A stretch of 64,000 nucleotides of DNA from an uncultured Fibrobacterota bacterium (GTDB lineage: Bacteria; Fibrobacterota; Chitinivibrionia; Chitinivibrionales; FEN-1185), in the NCBI GenBank assembly GCA_963729895.1, contig CAVSQB010000005.1, positions 224,001 through 288,000 on the forward strand, in the 5' to 3' direction. Below, piece by piece: positions 1-8,371 of this stretch (the stretch's first letter is position 1; every line of letters begins with the position of its first letter). The position numbers and the translations under genes are program-made. Below the pieces are notes generated by a model. The model was not told the origin of the DNA. It saw nothing but the letters and a program-made list of their open reading frames with translations, and did not search any database.

Positions 1-1
1 C

Positions 2-1096
2 GAAATCGACGATCCCAACGATCTGCAAAACGCCGAATTCATTTTCAACATCGAACGCAAAGGCATTTTGGAGGGGTCCTTCGGCGGCTATTGGAACCAT
101 GACTTCATCGATTTCTGCTTTATCCGAAACATGTACTTCCCGCCGCCGGCAATCATTTCGGAGATGAAAAATGTCCTGCCGCGCCTGATACATAATTACG
201 GCTCCCGGCAGGAGAAACTGAATCAGAAGCTCGCTTGGTTCCTGCTGTGTCGGCCCCAGTGTGTTTTTCTTCTGAACGGCGCATCTCAGGTCTACCCTCT
301 CCTGCGCGAATACCATGCCGGCAAGAAAATGCTTATCCCGGCGCCTACCTTCGGCGAGTACCAGCGGTGCTTTCCCGAATCTGCCACCTACTCAGATGCG
401 GTAGGCGTGGATACCACTGCTGTGACCGCGGCGTCCCAAGCCGCCGACTGTATCGTATTTGTCAATCCAAACAATCCCAGCGGGACAACAATCGCAAGCG
501 AATGGATTTTTGCGTTTGCCCGGTCGAATCCGCTCAAGACTGTGATCGTGGATGAGTCGTTCATAGAGTTTTCGGGAATGCCATCGCTTCTCTCTCTGCT
601 CGAAAAGGAAACGCTGCCCAACGTGATCGTGATAAAGAGCCTCAGCAAGTCGCTCGGAATTCCAGGAATCCGCCTTGGTTATACCTACTCGTGCAACCAC
701 GATTACTTAGCGTATATCAACAAACATACTCCCATCTGGAACATCAATTCCCTTGCCGAATTCACTCTCGAGATCATCCTCAAATACCGCAAGGAGCTTG
801 CTCAGTCATTTTTGGACACCAGACGCGACCGTGAGAATTTTGCGGCCATGCTGGCAGCTTCGCGTTGCGTTGACCATGTGTTCCCCAGCGGCGGCAACTA
901 TCTTCTTGTAAAGCTATCGGCACGGGTGCCTTCGGCCCCGCACGCGGTCGACCGGCTCCTGGAACTTGGCGTCTACGTAAAAGACGTTTCCGGCAAATTC
1001 GGCGGCCGGGGGAACTACCTGCGCGTCGCCGTCCGGCTTCCGGACGAAAACGCGCTCTTCGCCGATCGCCTCGAAAAGCTGGCACCCGGGACATAG
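2..1096 (+). CDS. 5'-truncated fusion of a LicC-like nucleotidyltransferase C-terminus and a class I/II PLP enzyme (HisC/CobD-like)
   Basis: Frame is open from base 2: EIDDPNDLQNAEFIF (typical end of an NTP_transferase domain), then FGGYWN..DFC, VNPNNPSG, IVDESFIEF, KSLSKSLGIPGIRLGY (PLP lysine). Confidence 0.8.
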   Translation, partial: EIDDPNDLQNAEFIFNIERKGILEGSFGGYWNHDFIDFCFIRNMYFPPPAIISEMKNVLPRLIHNYGSRQEKLNQKLAWFLLCRPQCVFLLNGASQVYPLLREYHAGKKMLIPAPTFGEYQRCFPESATYSDAVGVDTTAVTAASQAADCIVFVNPNNPSGTTIASEWIFAFARSNPLKTVIVDESFIEFSGMPSLLSLLEKETLPNVIVIKSLSKSLGIPGIRLGYTYSCNHDYLAYINKHTPIWNINSLAEFTLEIILKYRKELAQSFLDTRRDRENFAAMLAASRCVDHVFPSGGNYLLVKLSARVPSAPHAVDRLLELGVYVKDVSGKFGGRGNYLRVAVRLPDENALFADRLEKLAPGT

Positions 1097-1099
1097 CCC

Positions 1100-1942
1100 A
1101 TGGTGGTAAGCCTTGTCACCATTTCGATTGTCGGGCTGGCCGCGGGCATTCTTTTCTCGATGCCGGTAATCGGGCCCGTGAGCATACTCGTCGTTTCGCA
1201 CGCACTCAAAGGTCATCTGCGGTATTGTTTCGGTGCAGCACTCGGTGCATCGATCGTGGATTTGACCGTCTGTTTTCTTGCGGTAAACGGGGTTGCTAGG
1301 CTGTTCGGCCTGTATGTCGGTGCAATTCCCTATGTTCTGCTTGCGGCATCGGCTGTTATCTTTTTCCTCGGCATCAAGATCATGCGCACCCGGTTCAACA
1401 TAGACGGCATGAGTGGTGCGGAGCCGGAGCAAAAACCGGCAGGGAAGATCCGGGGCAGGAACGCATTTCTAAAAGGATTGTTTCTGAATGCCTCGAACCC
1501 TTTGCTTTTTTTCGGCTGGCTTACTGCATCTTTCCTGGTACTGTCGCTTGTTGCGTCGTGGGGTCTTTCCGTGGGCGGCTTGGACACCATGGTTGTCCAT
1601 AGCGTGGGTGAAGTCAAACAGTATGCGGCAACCCACTCTTCAGGCGGGGCTATTATCTCCTTGGTAAAGCCTGCCGTCGCGGCATCTTCCGGCGGCGAAT
1701 TGGGAACAAGGCCAAAACCGTATTCCAGGAGTTTTCAACTTGTCTTCTGCGTTTGCTATGCCGTCTGCGTGGCGTTCGGCACCAACGTATGGTTCTGGAG
1801 CTTTAGTTACTTTTTAGTGCGAAACCGTCTCCGATTGAGGATCGGCCTTATCAGCAGGATAATTCAAACTCTCGGCATATTCCTGTGCGGATTTTCCCTC
1901 TATATCCTGGGGCGGGGGATCGGCATGTTGCTTCACGCTTGA
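1100..1942 (+). CDS. LysE-family translocator/exporter
   Basis: Hydrophobic; N-terminal PVIGPVSILV..G...GAALG and FLKGLFLNASNP motifs typical of LysE. Confidence 0.7.
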   Translation: MVVSLVTISIVGLAAGILFSMPVIGPVSILVVSHALKGHLRYCFGAALGASIVDLTVCFLAVNGVARLFGLYVGAIPYVLLAASAVIFFLGIKIMRTRFNIDGMSGAEPEQKPAGKIRGRNAFLKGLFLNASNPLLFFGWLTASFLVLSLVASWGLSVGGLDTMVVHSVGEVKQYAATHSSGGAIISLVKPAVAASSGGELGTRPKPYSRSFQLVFCVCYAVCVAFGTNVWFWSFSYFLVRNRLRLRIGLISRIIQTLGIFLCGFSLYILGRGIGMLLHA

Positions 1943-1969
1943 CACATTGCCGGCGACAGGGGAGGCTCG

Positions 1970-2857
1970 GTGAATCAGACATCCCTTTTTACCGAATTTA
2001 AGAAATCATTGAAGGACCCGTCTGCCGAGGAGCTGGTCGATCTCGCGATGTACCGCCCGCTTGGCTTCCTATTAGTGAAGGTCCTTTATCCCTTTCCGGT
2101 CACGCCCAACCAGATAACGTTCGTTGCCATGGTCGCCGGAATAACCGGTGGTTTCTTTTTTGCAAAAGGGGACCGGTTCGATTTTGCCGTTGGAGCGCTC
2201 TTGTACGGGTTGGCCAATATCCTGGATTGCTGCGACGGCATGATCGCCCGCCTCAAGAACAACGGCACCAAAACGGGCCGGATAATCGACGGAGCAGTCG
2301 ATTATGTTACCAGCGCCTCCGTGTATGCCGGATTTGCCGTGGGGCTGTCTCGGGCGATGGAGCGCGGGACCCTGCACCTGCCGTTTAACGCATGGCTGTT
2401 GGTGATGGCTGCCGCAATCAGCACTGCTCTTCATGCCATATACAGCGATTCCAGCCGAAACGCTTATTTAGAATTGCAACATTCCTCGTCACCGGTGAGC
2501 CCCGAAAACGAGCGGGAAAGCTGGAACGCCGAACTGGGCCGCCTCGATCTTCGCAGAGGACACACCCTCGACAAGCTCCTCATCAGGGTGTATCTTGCCT
2601 ATATGCGGTTGCAATCCGGCAGGCCTTGGCGTTCCCCGGATGCAACACCCGCACCGGTCAGTCGCGCCACGGTCATTCTCTGGAACCTTATCGGCCCCTC
2701 CACCCATATTTCTTTTCTTATCACGGCGGCCCTTCTTTACCGGCCGGCTGTTTTCTTCGTTTTTACTATTGTTCTTGCAAATTGCTGGATGATCTTTTTG
2801 TTCCTCAGGAAGACGTTTTCAAAGCCCGTCGGTAAGCCGGCGGCCTTGGGGAAGTAA
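1970..2857 (+). CDS. CDP-alcohol phosphatidyltransferase family protein
   Basis: TPNQIT and the D-CC-DG-MI-AR-x8-G-RII-D-GAV-D signature; GGAGG RBS before the GTG start. Confidence 0.9.
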   Translation: MNQTSLFTEFKKSLKDPSAEELVDLAMYRPLGFLLVKVLYPFPVTPNQITFVAMVAGITGGFFFAKGDRFDFAVGALLYGLANILDCCDGMIARLKNNGTKTGRIIDGAVDYVTSASVYAGFAVGLSRAMERGTLHLPFNAWLLVMAAAISTALHAIYSDSSRNAYLELQHSSSPVSPENERESWNAELGRLDLRRGHTLDKLLIRVYLAYMRLQSGRPWRSPDATPAPVSRATVILWNLIGPSTHISFLITAALLYRPAVFFVFTIVLANCWMIFLFLRKTFSKPVGKPAALGK

Positions 2858-2987
2858 CGGATTGTGCGTCGAGTGTTTGGATATTATGAGAGGGTAATGA
2901 ATTTATTTGATTAAAAACTAACGGACCATTTTTGCGTTTATTATTTTTTCTCACTTCTGTTCTGGAGAGGTCATCTGAGAAAGGGAC

Positions 2988-4202
2988 ATGCGGGCGGATA
3001 TGAAAAAAGTGCAACTTCCCTGGATGGATAAAGCCGTGGAGTTTACGGAGGCGGAACGAGTCAAGGCCCTGGATCTATATCCCTATTTCCGGCCGATCCA
3101 ATCCGACCAGGATACGGAGGTGCTCCTCGACGGCAAAAAGGTCCTCATGTTCGGTTCCAACAGTTATCTGGGGCTCACCTGCCATCCGAAGGTCAAAGAA
3201 GGCGCCATAAGCGCCATTCGTAAGTATGGCACCGGCTGCGGCGGCTCCCCGTTTCTCAACGGTACCCTCGACATCCATATCGAATGTCAGGAACGCTTGG
3301 CGCAATTTGTCCATAAAGAAGCGGCGCTCTTGTTTTCCACCGGCATGCAAGCAAACCTGGGCGCGATATCCGCCATGACGGGCCGCGACGAATACGTGAT
3401 TCTCGACAAGTTCGACCACGCCAGCATCGTCGATGGAGCGCGGCTGGGCCTTGGCCGGGTCACCCGTTTTCAGCACAACAACCTCGAAAGTCTTGACCGT
3501 GCCCTTGCCGGGTGTAATCCCGAAAGGGGCAAATTGATCGTGGTAGATGGGGTCTTCAGCATGCACGGCGATATAGCGCCCCTTCCGGCCATCGTCGATC
3601 TTGCGGAAAAGTACGATGCAGGGGTCATGGTTGACGACGCTCATGGGATCGGTGTTCTGGGCGAGCAGGGCCAAGGAACGTGCGATCATTTCGGCCTTAC
3701 CGACCGCGTCGACATAATCATGGGGACATTCAGCAAGTCATTGGCTACGGTAGGGGGATTTATCGCCGCCGACCTGACGGTCATCGACTATCTCAAACAT
3801 CATGCCCGGGCCCTCATTTTCAGCGCCAGCATCGCGCCGGCAAATGTCGGCGCCGTGATGGCCGCCCTTGATATCATCAATTCCGAACCGGAGCGCATCG
3901 AGCAGCTCTGGGCGAATTCAAAACGCATGACCGGCGGTCTCCGGTCTATCGGCTACAATTTGGGCGCTACCGAGACGCCCATTCTTCCGGTCTTCATCGG
4001 CGACGATCTCACCTGTTTCAAGATGTGCCGGATGCTCCAGGATGAGGGCGTCTTCGTCAGCCCCGTTATCAGCCCGGCCGTGGAAGTCGGGCACTCCCTC
4101 ATGCGGGTGAGCCTGATGGCAACGCACACCTTCCCGCAGATCGACCGGGCAATCGACAAATTCAGAGTGGTCGGCAAGAAATTGGGTATCATTAAAGGCT
4201 AA
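2988..4202 (+). CDS. spt: Serine palmitoyltransferase (alpha-oxoamine synthase family)
   Basis: LYPYFRPI..QDTEV..GKKVLMFGSNSYLGLT N-terminus like Bacteroidota Spt; DHASIVDG, DDAHG, GTFSKS. A separate BioF lies in the biotin operon, and the neighbours are sphingolipid-type genes. Confidence 0.8.
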   Translation: MRADMKKVQLPWMDKAVEFTEAERVKALDLYPYFRPIQSDQDTEVLLDGKKVLMFGSNSYLGLTCHPKVKEGAISAIRKYGTGCGGSPFLNGTLDIHIECQERLAQFVHKEAALLFSTGMQANLGAISAMTGRDEYVILDKFDHASIVDGARLGLGRVTRFQHNNLESLDRALAGCNPERGKLIVVDGVFSMHGDIAPLPAIVDLAEKYDAGVMVDDAHGIGVLGEQGQGTCDHFGLTDRVDIIMGTFSKSLATVGGFIAADLTVIDYLKHHARALIFSASIAPANVGAVMAALDIINSEPERIEQLWANSKRMTGGLRSIGYNLGATETPILPVFIGDDLTCFKMCRMLQDEGVFVSPVISPAVEVGHSLMRVSLMATHTFPQIDRAIDKFRVVGKKLGIIKG

Positions 4203-4217
4203 GAAGGCTCGTTTGAT

Positions 4218-5345
4218 ATGTCCTTGTCCGTTCGCGAAGTGCTGACGCCAAAAGACAAAGACCGCTTCATCAAGCTTCCCTGGAACATTTACAAAAACGA
4301 CCCGCTCTGGGTGCCGCCCCTGCTGATCGACCGAAAAACGTTTCTCGATCCTCACAAGAACCCATTCTTTAAGAGCGCCTCGGTAAAACTGTTTCTTGCA
4401 ACAAAGGACAACGGGACCGTTGTCGGGCGTATAGCGGGTATTGTCAGCCGCAACCATCTCAAAACGCACAACGATGGCGCCGGTTTCTGGGGCCTGTTCG
4501 AGTGCGTCGACGACAAGGAAGCCGCAAACCTGCTGTTCAACGCGGTTGCCGCTTTTTTGCGCGGCCAGGGCATGCGCACCATGCGCGGACCCATCAGCAT
4601 GAACATCAACGACGAAATCGGTTTGCTCATCGACGGTTTCACGACTCCGCCGGTCGTGATGATGCCGCACAATCCGGCGTATTACGAGACATTGGTAAAC
4701 TCGTACGGTTTCAAGAAAGAAATCGATTGGTATGCCTACTATAAAGAAGAACCGGGGCGCACGGTCCCAGAGCGGCTCAGCCGTGGGGTAGAGCTCGCAA
4801 AGAAACGTTATGACCTCAAAATCCGTCCCGTCAACATGAAACACTTCGATGACGAAGTCTTGAATGTCAAAACGGTATACAACACCGCCTGGGAGAAAAA
4901 CTGGGGCGCGGTGGCCTTTACCGATGAGGAGTTCGAACATCTTGCCAAGGATTTAAAACTGGTTTTGGATCCTCGCCTGGCGCTTATCGCCGAAGTCGGC
5001 GGTAAAATCGCGGGCGTTTCCATCGCCCTGCCAGATATCAACCAGGCGCTCAAGCACATCAAAGACGGACGGCTCCTGCCGTTCGGGATCCTAAAATTGC
5101 TCTGGTACAAGCGCAAAGTGGACATGATCCGCTTGGTCATCATGGGCGTTCTCCCGGAATACCGGCACATGGGCATTGATACCTGTTTTGTTCACGACAC
5201 CTATGTGAACGGACTCGCCCGGGGCATCTGGCGTTGCGAAATGTCACAGATCCTTGAGACCAACGTCCCCATGAACAACGCCCTTGTCAAGCTCGGGGCG
5301 CGTATTTACAAAACGTACAGGATTTACCGCTGCGCCCTCTCGTAA
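4218..5345 (+). CDS. GNAT-fold N-acyltransferase, bacterial ceramide synthase (bCerS/YghO-like)
   Basis: FIKLPW.IY..DP.WVPPL, NPFF, VGRIA, GFWGLFE, GLLIDGF, MMPHNP.YY, AWEKNWG, MGVLPEYR, SQILETN.PM motifs; directly after spt. Confidence 0.75.
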   Translation: MSLSVREVLTPKDKDRFIKLPWNIYKNDPLWVPPLLIDRKTFLDPHKNPFFKSASVKLFLATKDNGTVVGRIAGIVSRNHLKTHNDGAGFWGLFECVDDKEAANLLFNAVAAFLRGQGMRTMRGPISMNINDEIGLLIDGFTTPPVVMMPHNPAYYETLVNSYGFKKEIDWYAYYKEEPGRTVPERLSRGVELAKKRYDLKIRPVNMKHFDDEVLNVKTVYNTAWEKNWGAVAFTDEEFEHLAKDLKLVLDPRLALIAEVGGKIAGVSIALPDINQALKHIKDGRLLPFGILKLLWYKRKVDMIRLVIMGVLPEYRHMGIDTCFVHDTYVNGLARGIWRCEMSQILETNVPMNNALVKLGARIYKTYRIYRCALS

Positions 5346-5380
5346 ACGGCGCACGCCCCGTCAACCGCCAGGAGGTTCGC

Positions 5381-6211
5381 GTGGAGTGGTACAAAGGCAA
5401 GAAAGTCGTCGTCACGGGCGGTTCCAGCGGCATCGGCAAGGCAGCCGCATGCTGGTGTGCCAAGTGGGGCGCCCACGTGTGCATCATCGGCCGCGATGCG
5501 ACGCGCCTCGATGCCGCTGTGCGGGAAATCAAGGCCTGCGCAAACGCCGAGTCCGAAGTCCTCGCGGTTTCCGCAGACGTCTCCGACCGCTCCGCACTCA
5601 AGGCCGCGGCATCCGATATTGTCAAGCGTCTTGGCGGAATCGACGTGCTTATCAACTGCGCCGGGATAACCTTCCCCGCGTACGTCAATGAGACGCCCGA
5701 CCGCATCTGGGACGACATGATGGCCGTCGATTACATGGGTACGGTCAATGCCGTGCGTTCTTTTCTGCCGGTGTTCATGAAGCAGAAATACGGCGCTATC
5801 GGCAATGTCGCTTCGGTGCTGGGCTACATGGGCGTGTTCGGGTATGCCGCTTATGGAGCGGCCAAATATGCCGTTGTCGGATTTTCCGAATGCCTGCGCC
5901 AGGATCTGCTCCCGTACAATGTCAGCGTCACGGTGGCGTATCCGCCCGACACCGATACTCCCCAATGGCACGCGGAAAACAAGATCAAACCGCCCGAAAC
6001 GCGCGCCTTGGCCGGCACGATCAAAGTCATGCGGCCCGAGGACGTTTCTCTCTTATTTCTAAAGGGCGTTGCCAAAGGGAAATTCAACAGTGTGCCGGGC
6101 GCGATGAACAAACTGACCTATTTCCTCAGCAGGCATCTGCCTGCAGTGGTGTGGATGATCGTTTCCGGCGAACTGCGGAAATACTGGAAGAAGCATCCGT
6201 CACAACAGTGA
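5381..6211 (+). CDS. SDR, 3-ketodihydrosphingosine reductase (KDSR/Tsc10)-like
   Basis: VVVTGGSSGIGK, YGAAK catalytic motif, and VAYPPDTDTP..AEN..KP.ET motif characteristic of KDSR-like SDRs. Confidence 0.8.
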   Translation: MEWYKGKKVVVTGGSSGIGKAAACWCAKWGAHVCIIGRDATRLDAAVREIKACANAESEVLAVSADVSDRSALKAAASDIVKRLGGIDVLINCAGITFPAYVNETPDRIWDDMMAVDYMGTVNAVRSFLPVFMKQKYGAIGNVASVLGYMGVFGYAAYGAAKYAVVGFSECLRQDLLPYNVSVTVAYPPDTDTPQWHAENKIKPPETRALAGTIKVMRPEDVSLLFLKGVAKGKFNSVPGAMNKLTYFLSRHLPAVVWMIVSGELRKYWKKHPSQQ

Positions 6212-6254
6212 CAGCCGGGTGTACCATGACCAAAACAGCGGAGAAAAGATCGCC

Positions 6255-6773
6255 ATGCAAAGATTGCTTTATCCCGTGCTTCTCCTCCTGCTATCGAGCG
6301 CCGCGGTCCCGGCCCAGCGAACCGACCCCATATTTTACATAGAGCACAGCATCAACAGCAACAAACTGTACTACGAAGTGCGCCGCACTGCATCCGGTTC
6401 CATCGATTGCAAACGGCCGGTGCAGGCCCACTGGATCATGTGGGCCAAAGATTCCACAGGCGGAACACGCGAAGATCTATCCTTGCTGGAAAGCAAAGAA
6501 GCTTACGGTTTTTCGGTGAAGCCCGACTCAATCGCCGGCTGTTTCCAAATGAGGATCGTCAGTTGTTCCGACCGCCCGCTCAAGGTTTTCCTTCGGAACG
6601 ACACGGCCGTCGTTGAAACAACGATTAATGGCCACTCCTGCTCTCTTACAAAGGTATTCGTGAGGGTCGGAGAGCTCACCCTTGTTCACCTTCCCACCGT
6701 CGCCTATGTCGAGTTGTTCGGCAATGATCTCAAGACCGGCCAGCTTCGGATCGAAAAAGTTCGCGGACGGTAG
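6255..6773 (+). CDS. DUF4833-like exported protein
   Basis: Signal peptide MQRLLYPVLLLLLSSAAVPA; FYIEHSINSNKLYYEV, P(V)QAHWI, LS.LE..AYG, YVELFG.D motifs. Start chosen from GGAG RBS. Confidence 0.65.
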   Translation: MQRLLYPVLLLLLSSAAVPAQRTDPIFYIEHSINSNKLYYEVRRTASGSIDCKRPVQAHWIMWAKDSTGGTREDLSLLESKEAYGFSVKPDSIAGCFQMRIVSCSDRPLKVFLRNDTAVVETTINGHSCSLTKVFVRVGELTLVHLPTVAYVELFGNDLKTGQLRIEKVRGR

Positions 6774-6943
6774 ATCTTTTGTAGCGCACCTTGCGCGGCG
6801 TTTTCACTCTATGCAGGTTCCCAGCCCTGCCATCTTACAGGTGGCTGGAATGGCCGCTGCTCTTCCATCCGATTCACGCTCCCGATGCAACGCCGTTATT
6901 ATTCCGGAAGTCTAATATTTGTCGACCTCCATAAAGAAGATAT

Positions 6944-6959
6944 CGGTACGGAAATTGCG
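6944..6959 (+). promoter_or_regulatory. Putative sigma-54 (-24/-12) promoter upstream of mdtA
   Basis: CGGTACGGAAATTGCG is GG-N10-GC, close to TGGCACG-N4-TTGC. Confidence 0.45.
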
Positions 6960-7117
6960 TCTCAATAGTCATTTGGTTTGAGAGATTGTCTTGAGTTCAA
7001 TTATCTCACACGGTTGCGCTAGACCGTGAGGACATTGTTTTGATGCTCATTTTGAGCAGGTTCCAAGTCTTCCAGAAGAAAGGCCTTTATGTTGTTAACT
7101 TATGGTGAATTTGCATC

Positions 7118-8371
7118 ATGACTAACACCAATTCCCCGACAAAAAAACATCGTAGTCCGGCCCGGTTTCTGATCCTGTTGCGGCTGATGGGTCCGGCAGC
7201 AGCAACTCTCGCCGCTCTCATGGTCATCCAGTCGTGCAAACCGCCGTTCCAGTCCGCATCCGGCCGCCGATCCGGCCAAGGAGCAAACCAGCCGGTGTCT
7301 GTGGCCATGGCCGCGGCAAAAAAAGGAAACATACGGATTTTTGTCAACGGAATCGGCTCGGTGGCGGCCCTCAATACCGTCACCATCAGAAGTCTGGTCG
7401 ACGGCAGGCTGATGAGCGTCAATTTCAAGGAAGGCGAAACTGTCGGCAAAGGGAGTTTGCTGGCGGTAATAGATCCGCGTCCATATGAAGCGCTGCAGAC
7501 CCAGGCAACCGGACAGTTGGAGCGCGACCAGGCGCTCTTGGCAAACGCGAGGCAGGACCTCTTGAGGTACGATACGCTGTGGAACCAGAACGCGATTCCG
7601 CGCCAACAATACGATACGCAAAAATCGCTGGTAGCACAGTTGGAAGGCACGGTCATGATCGATCAGGGCGCGCTTGCAAACGCCAAACTGCAAATGAGCT
7701 ATACGCGGATCACTTCGCCGATCAGCGGCAGGGTGGGGTTGAAATTCGTGGACGCGGGAAACATCGTCCATGCTGCGGATGTCAACGGGCTGGCGGTAGT
7801 CACCCAATTGCAGCCGATCACGGTGGTTTTCACTATTCCTGAAGATAATCTTCCCCCTGTTCTTGACAAATTCAGAAAGTCCGAAAGTCTGGCCGTCCTG
7901 GCGTTCAACCGCAGCGATAGTGTGAAGATCGCCGAAGGGCGTCTGCTGGCCGTTGACAACCGTGTCGATACGGCGACCGGCACGGTGCGGCTCAAGGCGG
8001 TTTTTCCAAACAGCGACAACGAACTGTTCCCGAACCAATTCGTCAACGCGCGCCTCCTCCTTGACGTCAAGCACGATGCGGTGATTGTTCCGCAGGCCGC
8101 CGTGCAGCGGGGTCCGCAGGGGACATTCGTGTATCTGGTAAAACAGGACCGGACGGTTGCCGTTGTTCCGGTCACCGCCGGATTGACCGAAGGCGACAAT
8201 ATTTCGATTGACGCGGGATTGTCTGAGGGCGATACCGTGGTGATCGAAGGCGCCGATAAGCTGCGCGAAGGCAGTCATGTGGTATCAATCGCGGCGCCAT
8301 CGGCCGGGCGCTCCGATCACGCATGGCGCTCCGATCATTCCGGGCGTCCTGCGGGCGGGAAAAAGGAATGA
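7118..8371 (+). CDS. mdtA: RND membrane fusion protein, MdtA/MuxA type
   Basis: [52 protein letters not shown]. Confidence 0.9.
   Translation: MTNTNSPTKKHRSPARFLILLRLMGPAAATLAALMVIQSCKPPFQSASGRRSGQGANQPVSVAMAAAKKGNIRIFVNGIGSVAALNTVTIRSLVDGRLMSVNFKEGETVGKGSLLAVIDPRPYEALQTQATGQLERDQALLANARQDLLRYDTLWNQNAIPRQQYDTQKSLVAQLEGTVMIDQGALANAKLQMSYTRITSPISGRVGLKFVDAGNIVHAADVNGLAVVTQLQPITVVFTIPEDNLPPVLDKFRKSESLAVLAFNRSDSVKIAEGRLLAVDNRVDTATGTVRLKAVFPNSDNELFPNQFVNARLLLDVKHDAVIVPQAAVQRGPQGTFVYLVKQDRTVAVVPVTAGLTEGDNISIDAGLSEGDTVVIEGADKLREGSHVVSIAAPSAGRSDHAWRSDHSGRPAGGKKE

Noticed and set aside
2988..4202. Calling this gene bioF or kbl
   Set aside because: Spt-like N-terminus, sphingolipid-type neighbours, and a true bioF at 62227.
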